From contig JBHGNT010000010.1 of NCBI GenBank assembly GCA_043228905.1, positions 16,740,001-16,804,000 on the forward strand: 64,000 bases of DNA, written 5' to 3'. Of this stretch, positions 14,891 to 25,285 are shown piece by piece. The position numbers were made by a program, and so were the translations under genes. This stretch comes from Azolla caroliniana. Lineage: Eukaryota > Plantae > Polypodiophyta. Under the pieces are notes generated by a model that was given only the letters and a program-made list of their open reading frames with translations, made no database searches and had not been told where the DNA came from. Position 1 is the first letter of the stretch. Every line of letters begins with the position of its first letter.

Positions 14891-16093
14891 TTGAGTCTCT
14901 CTCCTCTCCTTTTGCCACGAGGCATTCTTTTTGGTCTGAGACAATTTGACATCTAAAACCTCGTGATTGTAAACACCCCAATTACCCCCTGTTAACTCTT
15001 AGGGCCGGACAATGGCCTAACACAGGGTGTCTATGGAAGACACTTCACCAAAGGGGTGTTACGGCAAGAGGATTAGGCTCAACGATTAATCCAACTTAAT
15101 TAGGTTACTTAGCAAGATCGTCCTTAATAATCACACGTGTAAGATATAACAATGAATGCAAAACACTAAGCTTCATTAATTATCCGCTGCTCATTACATT
15201 GTATCCGGGCCTTTAAATAGGTTTCCGGTTTGTAGTACAAAATGGTGCCATCCACACCTGTTCGAGATCGGTCCGGATCCGGAACGACATATCGATTCCG
15301 GTCCGTCCGTCCACACTAATAGCTTACTTACAACCATTCTTTAATAATTAAATAACTCATTCGTTTCACACTCTGGACTCCTTTGCCGGCCAGTAACACA
15401 TTGCATTGTCCTATGTGACAGATTTCCAACAAATGATTGCTTTCATGTTCCATATTACAATAAAATCTATATAAGCAGGAAGTTATAGTAGTAAAGATTG
15501 ACATTAATTACAATAAAACTTTTTATGACTTAAGTTTGTCATCAGGAGCACTCTGAATATGCTCTTGATAAAACATTGGTGGTATTTTCCCTAACACACT
15601 GAAACTCTAGGAGACTTTATAGGCATGACAATGACCAAATTCCTAATGGAATGCAAATACATTTTTTTTACTTGATTTGCCGTCTACTATATGGTTTTAC
15701 GCTCATCGAGAGGTGACTCGTCAAAATCTCCCACAAAAATTACCATTGTGATACCTGATGTACCTTTGAAAGAAAACGATATAATACCTCCCATGGTCAA
15801 ACATCACGATTAGTAGAAGCATCAACATTCATCTTTGAACTCGACCACATAACGTGTTCAATGTACGATCAAGCAAACATAAGCTCATGATGTCGCCGAT
15901 TCATCAATCACGATGAATGCAAACGAGAGAGTGAGCATTTGTTTCTTACCAAGAAAAATGGAAGGTTCAAAATTTCAGAGTGTGTGCATGCGTGTGTGTT
16001 ACGATGGCCCAGGTGGGATTGCACATTAGGATGATGGAGATGATTGTGGCCAGTAGGGTGGAGGAGGTGGCCATCGAGATTTGATGAGGCTGG

Positions 16094-16591
16094 TAACAAT
16101 TGGCAACAATTTGGTTTGGTTCGAGAGTATCAAACTCAAACCGTTCCAAAACACGAAACCGTTTTAACCAAACAGTTACAAAAAATTCAAGCTCAAACGA
16201 AACAGTTGTAGAGTCTTTCAAACCTTTAAACCGTTAGAGCCACGGTTTCATGGTTCGGTTTTGGTTTTCACGTTATGTCAAAATTCAAGATTTCACATTT
16301 TTAGTTAAATTTCTTTTTTTCAATATTTCAAATTTATTAAAATTTAAAGATTTTCCTAAAAAAAGATCAAAATTAGGCTTAAAATGTTCAAAAAAATAGT
16401 TAAGAAAATGATCAAGTGTCAATCCTAAACCGTCAAATTGTTTAAAATGTTTGAACTGCGGTTTCAAACCTTTAAAACAAAAAACCATTAAACCGAGAAA
16501 GGCTCAAACCGAACTGGTAAACCTCGAAATTGAATCGTTTAAACCATTAAGCTACGGTTTTGCAGTTCGGTTCAGTCGTTGCGAATTGCTA
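16094..16591. mobile_element. hAT-type MITE (AACCG-rich), older copy
   Basis: Imperfect TIR taacaattggcaac...gttgcgaattgcta. Flanks gaggctgg/gaggcgtc may be a decayed 8-bp TSD. Confidence 0.6.
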
Positions 16592-19429
16592 GAGGCGTCT
16601 AAGCGGCAATTGCTCTCGGTGTCCATGGGTCCTTGTATGTATGTACTTGCCGGCCATTAGGTAACTATAAGTAAGTGCAGATGCCCTAGCCGGGCCATCG
16701 AGTAGCTAGCTATAAGTATGTAAGCAGAAATGGCAAGAGGGGATCAGGAGGGGGAAGGTCCAGGTGTGAATGAGACCTAGAGGGTCAAAACCTAAAGAGT
16801 TCTGTACCTCAAAAAGAGAAGAGGAGAAGAAGAAAAGAAACAGGACTCTCTTTAGATATATGTGGTAGGCAGAGAGGGAGTGGACCCTACCCTAGGCTAT
16901 GGCAGACTGCTCCTCTTCAGGCTACCAAAACTCCATCTGCCTCTCTGTGGAATTTTTAGGGATCCCTTCTTTCTCGACGCTTTGCCATCCGTCCGAAAGC
17001 TCCGCATTCTCCCGCACATCACGGCGCTCGTGAAAATCGCTAGCTGATATTCAGGTAAAGAAAATCGTTCTCATTTCTGTGTGTATGGAAAGAGTGATGA
17101 GCGAGGGAGAGAGAGTGATGAATGAGGGAGATGGAGAAAGAGAGATGAATGAGGGAGAGGGGGAGATATTATTAAACATCCACCTGACAATGATATGATC
17201 TATGGGATGGGGCTGATCCCTTGGTGAGGATCAAACTTAGGTTTTCTCAGATTTCTGCCTTTGATGCTACGGTGTGAAAAACCATGCCAAGGAAGAAGGT
17301 TTCTTTTATCTCATATTAGACATGTTTATGTATGTGTAAACCCTCCAGGGTTTCTGAAACAAAAAGATAATGAATACATGGAGATATGGAGAGAGATTTG
17401 ATGGTGGAAATAGGGAAAATCAACCAGCTTTATGTGATTGGGATAGAATAAAAGAAGATACTTTTTGTGCATCAAGAGAAAGAAAGAAATAATTTTAATC
17501 TATTAAAGGCCGAAATTCGGCCCATGAGACAATCTACTATTGGAAATGACAAGAGAAATAGTACAAGAATGATAGCATTGATTAAACAATGTAGATGCTT
17601 AGAAACAGTAAAAAAGGATAGTGCTATTATGTGGATGCTCAGAAACAATGTGGATGAATAACAATCAAAGAACGTGTGATACTTATATAACCCTATAGTA
17701 TAAAAGACGATGAGCTGTAACAGTTCCCAAATCTAGTTAATGCTTACCTCCCAAGGTAGTACAATGATGAAATTCTAGCTAAAATGTAGCTAGGTCCAAG
17801 TCTTAGTATTCAGTGGTTGTAAAATGATTGAATTACATAGTTAGGCATGATATGAACGCAACTCTTTCATGACTTCCAGTCCGTAGCCATCATCCCCTCA
17901 TGGGCTACGTGGAGTATCTAGATCAGTTGTTTGTCTATGAAGAATTCTGGGGCTCATGGTTGTTTCCTTGATTTCTAATTTTTTGTGCTTGTTGCATGGT
18001 TCATGCAATTGAGGGTGGAGGTGTGTGACCTGTTATAAAGATTTTTTTGGGATGTGACCATCTCCTCCCCTTTGGTACTCTTGTGGTACATAGCAGTGCT
18101 TGTGTATCTCAAGCAAGGAACTAGTAAATTGACACTATTTGTTCAAGGGTAGGTTATCCGAAGAATAGACCCTTGTATCTGCCTCCGATGTTTGCATGTA
18201 GCTCCTCATGCACCACCTCCTCGAGGCGTATCTTATAAATCTTCTCTACTTTGGGAATGTTGACAGCTTGTCCTGTCTCAAACTCTAGTATTTGTGACGA
18301 TACTATAAATTGACCCAAATTCTAGATTTGGTATAAATGGATCTCGAGAGCACACGATCAGGGAAGGAGCTCTTTTGGTGTGATCTGAGGCCTTATGTAA
18401 AATTGCCATAACAACTTATATCTGAGCACAACATGAGAGGTGGATGAAGGGTGACTTTAGATTGTACTGCAAGAGGAGAGTCTCGCTTTGGCTTGCCAGT
18501 GTCATGACCCACACATGCTATAATCAACAAGCTATCTAGAGGCTTTGGACACCCTATACGTGACCCTATTTCATGGTGACTCTATTGTTCTCTAGATAAA
18601 TACTATCTTCTAGAGGTTCTCCATTACCATGGGCATATAGCAAACACTGTTCTAATTATGTCTTGTAGTCCTTGGGCTTTTTTGTGGGTTAGGCATGACA
18701 TCATACGTTATAAATTCTTGTGGTCTCAAATTGTGGTGATGAAGTAAATGAGAGTTCAAGGTTCCATATTGCTGCTGCATAATCAAATGTAGGATAAGTA
18801 ATGTATTGGAAAAACACCTTTTCATATGGGGTCCTAGTTGAGAATATGTCTTATTTCATCTCCAACCTGTTGAAAGGGCGGAGTCAGTTTGCAGCAATGG
18901 CTGATCTGCGTGACTTGCAGTTTGCAACGACAGATTTGTGTTTTGCAATAGCAACGACTAACTTGTGATCTGTGAGGTGGCGGCAAAGCTATGGGTGAGG
19001 GGTGTTAGTGGATTGAGGGTGGAGAGATTAAGAGGGGAAGCAGCAATGGGTTCATGGTTGGTGGCAACCCATTGAGGTGTCCCTCACAGGGAACTGTCGG
19101 GGTTGTGTCACTAGCAAGGGATGTCAGAGAACTATATGTGACCTAGGCTGGCTTTGTGGGCATCTCCGAAACGAGCATTTAGATCAAGGTCAACATGTAA
19201 GAACCTTTGCATTGTACATATAGTTATATGGACTTGGCAATGGTTGTGACCATTTTGGTCTTGGTGCATTGGTTGCATGATATGTCGGTTCCATGTAAAT
19301 AAGGGTTGCTTGCAGAGGGGTTCTGCATCTCGGTGTGGTTGCTTGCTGAGGGATTATACACGAGATTAAGACAAAAATGTCGGGAAAATGTACAAAGAAT
19401 ATCTTACAAAATGAAGGATTACAACTATT

Positions 19430-20630
19430 AAGGGCAAACTACCACGATTTTGGTGGTTTTTACAAAATTGATCACATGATTAAAACACAAACGACAACGG
19501 AACAAGCAAAGCATGACTACCTCCGACGACCACGTTGCCTCGAATTGGAGTAGCTCTCTTGCCACTACGTCCTCCCGTAAACAATCGGAGTATGAGGTAG
19601 CCCAACCTTCTCTTAAAATCGCTGACGTATAACATTCTCCACCGTGGAGAAGACGACGGAACCTCCAAAATAGTCGCAAGTAGATAACCACTAAAATGTC
19701 GAAGAAGAAAACGAAGAGGAAACCCAAAACCCAAACCCTAAAACTCTCGAGTAAGAAAAAGGCTAGAAATCAAATCCCCACAAAATCAAAAGTTCAGAGT
19801 AAAGAGAAAGAAACCCTAGATAGTCACAAAAGAGAAGTGAAAACCCTAACTCTTAAGAAGAAGAATAGTAGCCAAACCCTAGTAGTACACCCTTCACTCC
19901 AAAAATGACGACCTCTAGAAAAAGAAGAAAAAACCCTAATGATCCCCTCAAACAACAAAATGGGCAGCTTGAAATAAGCCCTCATCTCCCCCTTCTATAG
20001 AGAAAAAAGGAATCTATTTCAGCATTAAATGTATTTATACTCTTCTTTCTTCGAAAAAGAAATGGATTAAGTGAACCTTTACTCACACTGATAGAGATTT
20101 GAACTATGCACCCCTTTATCCCCACTTAATGGCTCTAACCACTAAGCCATTCACACTTATTTATTATATCCATGTTTCTTATTTACATATTCAGTGATGT
20201 GAGTGAACCCTCGTTTTTTCCCACTTTTCTCCCTTTGGCCATGCCACATTACGATAACGTTGTGTTGTGATGGTGTGGCGTGGCCAAAGGTAGAAAAAGA
20301 GAAACGGTGAAGGTTCACGCATGTTACAGAAAGGTATGTATATACAAAAAAAATCAATACTAAACAAGAGTGAATAGCCTAGTGGTTACAACTATTCAAT
20401 GGGCTTGTCGAGGTGCAAAGTTCAAACCTCTACCAGTGCAACATGAGGAAAAAGGGTTATTTATTCTCTTTCCTTTTTAAAAGAAAGGAGGGGAATAAAT
20501 GCATTTAATGCCGAAAATAGCCCTCTTTTTCTCTCCAAAAGGAATAGAAGGAAGTTTATTTTGGGTCGCCATTTTTGTTGTTTGAGGTGGACCATTAGGG
20601 CTTCTTCTTTTTTTCTTCTACTTCTCCTCA
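19430..20630. mobile_element. Foldback/Mutator-like non-autonomous element with long inverted arms containing tRNA-like A/B boxes
   Basis: 19930-20155 is the imperfect reverse complement of 20370-20605. The centre is palindromic (cctttggccatgccac...gtggcgtggccaaagg). Left end gggcaaactaccac resembles a Mutator terminus. Confidence 0.55.
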
Positions 20631-20639
20631 ATTGTTACC

Positions 20640-20676
20640 GGCAAACAAGTTTCGCGCCTAAGGGCTCATCAGTGCC
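20640..20676 (-). ncRNA. Minimal type I hammerhead ribozyme motif (Penelope/retrozyme-like)
   Basis: Minus strand reads GGCA-CUGAUGA-GCCCUUAGGCGC-GAAAC-UU-GUU-UGCC: full catalytic core, stem I GGCA/UGCC, G-C-closed stem II, very short stem III. Confidence 0.7.
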
Positions 20677-20689
20677 ATAAGACCACGTG

Positions 20690-21660
20690 GGTGTGAGGTG
20701 GTATATATAGGGGTTTTGCAGGAGGGGTAACATGGAAGGTAGAGGGGATTCAATTTGGGGAGTGGGGGTGTGCGTGGGGTTTAATATAAGGGGTGTAAGT
20801 GGTAAAAAGGATAGGGTTTAGGGTTTAGGGGAGTGAGAGAAAGATTTAAAAAGAGGGTGAGGGGGCGTGTAGAGAAATGTAGAGAGGGAAAAAGAAGTAA
20901 GAGAGGGAAAAAGGTTGCTAGTTTAAGAGAGTGAGAAAAGGAAAAAAAATTAGAGAGAGGAGGGGTAGGGGTAGGGGTAGGGGTAGGGGTAGGGGTAGGG
21001 TATGGGTTTATGTTAAGATGAGAGAGGGGTAGAGGTGAAAAACAGGGGAGGGGTAGAGGTAAAAATAGGGAAAAACAAGAGGGGTATAGTGAGAAATTAG
21101 AATTATGGGGAAAAGGGTAGGAAGGTGGTTAAGGGAGGGGTAGGGAGATAATTTGGCAAAGGGTAGAGGAGTAAATTAGAAAAAAGGTATGGTGATAAGG
21201 GGAGGGGTAGAGGTAAACAAAAGGTAAAGTAAGGGAGGGGTAGAGGTGTAAATAGGGAGCGGTAGAGGTAAGAAAAAGATAAAATTTGGGGGAGGGTTAG
21301 AGGTATGGAAGAAAGAAAAACACCAAGAACAAATTGAGCGCACCCAAACCGTTAGACATACTTGGTGTATTTGGAGGTGGAAAAGATAAAAGGAAGGGTG
21401 GAGGTAGAAAGGTAAAAGGAGGGATAGAGTGTCAATTTTTTTAAAAAGTAAGGGGAGGGTTTGGAGGGTAATTAATAAAGTGAGGGGAGGGGTAGGGTAT
21501 GGAAATATGGAGAGGTGGGGGATGGGTAGAGTGGTAATTTAAAGAGGTAAGCAGAGGGGTAGGATGGTAAATAACAAAGGTAAGGGGAGGGGTAGGGTGA
21601 TAATTTGGAAGAAGTGAGGTGAAGGGTAGGGTGGTAAATAGAAAAAGTAAAATAACAATA
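20690..21660. repeat. Strand-asymmetric G/purine-rich segment with (GGGGTA)n, GGGTAGAGG repeats and short TTTAGGG runs
   Basis: (ggggta) array at 20961-21000, tagggtttagggtttaggg at ~20812-20830, almost no C on the plus strand. Confidence 0.85.
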
Positions 21661-21756
21661 CGATTATAATGCCGGCTATCAAAAGTGTAGTCCCGTGCAT
21701 GTTCCTACAAGCGAGAGGGAGGAGATAAAATTAAAAATTAAAAATGCACGGCTACA

Positions 21757-23289
21757 TAATATAGTACACAAGACTTATGAGTCACATCAAAGTAAAAGGA
21801 ACGCTCCACCTGCTTTCCATATTGGCATTCATTACAAAAGTTGAGCTTTGTACCTTTAGCATTAAGCTTCGTTAGATTACGAAGCATAGTGAGACCCTTT
21901 TGGCTCATATGGCCAAGTCTCTTATGCCACAACTTCAGCCAAAGCAATAAACTTGCTTGATATAGCATTTCCTTGTAAACAATAAAGAGTTCCCTTGTCT
22001 GTGCCTTTCACAATCAGCCTTGAGCCTTTTGACATTTTGCACGATCCTCTCTCAAAGAGAATGCTATAACTATGCATATCCATTTGACCCACAGAAAGAA
22101 AGCTCTTCTTGATCCCTAGTACATAACGCACATTATGCAAAACCAGCTTAGTGGCATTTGTAAAAAAATGCACAGTGCCAATACCCTCAATGGAACATGC
22201 ACGATTGTTTCCAAGGTATACATGGCTATGGTTGCCTGTAGTAAAAGTAGAAAAACACTCCTTGATAGGAGTCACATGAAATGAAGCACCATAGTCAACT
22301 GTCCATGTTTGGGCTAATGCACCATTGACGGTCAACAAAGCATCAATAAGAACATTCTTAGTGATGCACATATCCGATGAATGAACATTTAGAGAGGCAA
22401 TGCATAAGTATCATTAGTTGAAAAAGTAGCACATAAAATGTCCTTGACATCTGACAGCTCCTCTATGATTACATTAGAGGCCAAATTGGTCTACTCTTTG
22501 TCCTTTTGTTTGTCATGTGCATCAATCTTGTCCTTTTTCTTATCTCCAAAATTCTACTTTCTTTCAAGTTTTGCTTTGTAATAGCGGCAATCAGGTTTCT
22601 TGTGACCTTTCTTGCCACACTGGTAACATGTTACATCCTTGCTTTTACCTTTGTTGCTACTTCCCCTTTCCTTGTTTCCACTTTTGTTCTTGTGTACATA
22701 GGTACTTCTCTTATCTGTCTTACCTCTAACCATGTTGGCTGAGCTGCCTCCTTCTCCACTTGTTTTTTTTATTATCTCTTCATTGAGTATAGAACCCTTA
22801 ACACCATCAAAGTTCAAGGTGGGGTTATTAGACAATGAGATTACCAATGTCTCCCATGAGTTAGGTAGTGTCATAAGCAAGAAAATGGCCCTAAGTTTGT
22901 CATCAAAAGGAGCCATTCCGGAGTCCTGTAACAAAGACAAGTGTAAAGCTGCACGCTTAGATTCATCCAGCTGCAAGCCAAGAAGCTTTAGCATTAGATG
23001 TACTTGATTAACATGCGTAGTGTTTTCATATGTAGCCTTAAGCTTAGCCCATATTTAGGAAACAGATATTAAGCCTTTGAGATCTACCAAAATCTCATGT
23101 GACAACCCTTTTATTCAAAATCCGCCATGCATCTTTTGACATGTTCTTTGGTTATTTTGCCTCCAATGCCCTATCATAATCCTTCAGAAAGAGAATTCCT
23201 TATATTCTCTCCTTCCACAAGTCAAAACTTGTTCCCGCAAATCGTCGAATCTCAAATAGATTTTTCACATTTGAGGAGGATGATGCCAT
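21757..23289 (-). mobile_element. Truncated, degenerate Ty1/Copia gag-protease-GAG-pre-integrase fragment
   Basis: CYQCGKKGHKKPDC zinc knuckle, WTVDYGASFH protease motif, LWHKRLGHMS, CNECQYGKQ; stops and frameshifts present. Confidence 0.92.
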
Positions 23290-23689
23290 AGTCGCATAGT
23301 GAAGAGGTTAACCTACTAAAATTTTAGGTAAAATGTACCAAAATCAGGGACTAACCTCGAGAAACAGTGCACCACAACTCCAACAGCTCACAAGAGAAAT
23401 TGGGGCAAGAAAAAGCAATTTCGGGCACAAAAATTGATCTCTAAATTTTTTGTGTACATGTTGATATAATTTTTTGTGATCTTCATACATTTTGATATAC
23501 ATGTTTACCATACCCACCAAATATTTATGATAGAATGTACCAATAGTATATTCATATACAGAATGTGCAAAAAATTGTATTCATATACATGATCAAGTTG
23601 GTCTTTACAAATTGGTTGGTTAATATACATTTCAAAGGCAACTACATAGGGTAAACATGTACAAAATTGACTTCATATAAATAGCGAGG

Positions 23690-24007
23690 TAACTACAATA
23701 TGTGCAATATAGCAAATTTGTCATGGCTATGAAATCGAAAATCCCAAAATCTTTCGAGCCCATTTCGCGATGTTTGTCCAAAGGAGTTGAACATCCTCGT
23801 GTGCGAACCACGTCTCTGTACCCTATAAAAAAGGTGACTGTAAGAACCACCCGTTACTTATAAGAGTTCTATGCAATTCACATGTCAGGCTATACTTATA
23901 AAATCGGAAGATACAGAACCTTAGATAAACTCCTCCCCTAGCATCCGAATGGTTTGCATCACGTAATAGCCACAATCCCACCCATTAGGCTTGGTTGGGA
24001 TGTGCAC
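23690..24007 (-). pseudogene. Ulp1/peptidase C48 (SUMO protease-like) transposon remnant
   Basis: KPNGWDCGYYVMQTIRML catalytic-Cys motif; homologous to 24760-24960 and 59540-59810. Confidence 0.65.
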
Positions 24008-24555
24008 TTGCTGATGTCGACCCACTGTTAGGATACAATGGTCGTTGTTACCCCTACATATGATTTGTACGACCATCTTTGCCAGACTCTTCAAAGTGCT
24101 TGTTGCACCACTATAGAGTACTTGGCTGATCACCTTTGTATCACCATTGTTAAGTGGAAACTAGTCCAGAATACATGCTAGTAGTGGAGACCTTATCAAC
24201 TAAGCAAGTAGAGCCCTTGTTGATAATTGATTCCGGACTAGGTTTCACTTAATTTAGATGATTGCTCAACATATTGAGCTAAAGTGATGTTTGGTTACAT
24301 GTAAAAGAGTTTTAAATGGTGATTGGCTATGAAAGGAAAGCAAGGATATTAGTTGAAAGCAAGCTCAAAGACAAAATTTTTTGATAGAAAAACTCTAAAG
24401 AGCCTAAGAACAAAGAGGTACGTACTGCGATATCGACAATAGATGCTTGTGGGGATAGAAAAGGTCTCAAGGCAGTACCAAAAATTTGACATATTGTTCA
24501 AAATGACTTAGAGAAAATAATCCTAAGTCTATGTATGGTATAAAGTGCATTCCAA

Positions 24556-24960
24556 TTGAGCACAAGCCAAAAATACTCGATAACGGTGGTCGATATGATT
24601 AAGAACACTCTAGGACGGGTGCTTGAACGCGATTTCATCTTCATACTCACATTGCACTTGGGGCATTGGGTGTTGTGGACAAAGATGTGGCACAATCCAC
24701 AATATGTTGATGATATGAAGGTGATCAACCAGGTACTCTATTATGACCCACATAATAATTGTGCACATCCCAACCAAGCCTAATAGGTGGGATTGTGGCT
24801 ATTACATGATGCAGACCATTCGAATGCTAGTGGAAGAATTTATCCATGGCTTGACATGTGAATTGCATGGAACTCTTATAAGTTATGGGTGGGTTCTTAT
24901 AGTTACACCTTTTTTATAGGGTATAGAGAAGTGGTTCGCACACAAAGGACGTTCAACTCC
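24556..24960 (+). pseudogene. Ulp1/peptidase C48 transposon remnant
   Basis: GHWVL (His), LYYDP (Asp), then a frameshifted PNRWDCGYYMMQ (Cys). Confidence 0.7.
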
Positions 24961-24967
24961 TGATTTA

Positions 24968-25270
24968 TCAGATACCCTAACCATTAATCAGGCACCATGA
25001 TGATTAATCAGACACCTTACCGATTAATTAGGCACCCTCCCAAATTAGACACCCTACCCATTAACAAGACACCATGCGGACTAATCAGATGCCTTGCCCA
25101 AATTAGACACCCTACCCGTTAACAAGACACCCTACCCATTAATCAGGCACCCTACCCATTAACAAGACACCCTACCCATTAATCAGGCACCTTGCCCAAA
25201 TCAAACACCCTACCGATTAATTAGACACCCTGCTAGTTTCAGATTCCCTACCCTAATAACAAACGCCATA
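24968..25270. repeat. Degenerate ~19-20 bp tandem array (gacaccctacccattaa)
   Basis: More than 10 visible units. Confidence 0.85.
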
Positions 25271-25285
25271 GTGATCGGTGCCAAC

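Noticed and set aside
14945-15400. Possible solo LTR
   Set aside because: TG...CA candidates exist but no matching TSD was found.
20370-20440. Functional tRNA gene
   Set aside because: A/B-like boxes are present but no complete cloverleaf could be drawn, and it lies within a TE arm.
20812-20830. Interstitial telomere
   Set aside because: Only 2-3 TTTAGGG units inside a broader G-rich tract.
24968-25270. Short repeat array as a CRISPR
   Set aside because: Degenerate head-to-tail units without spacers.
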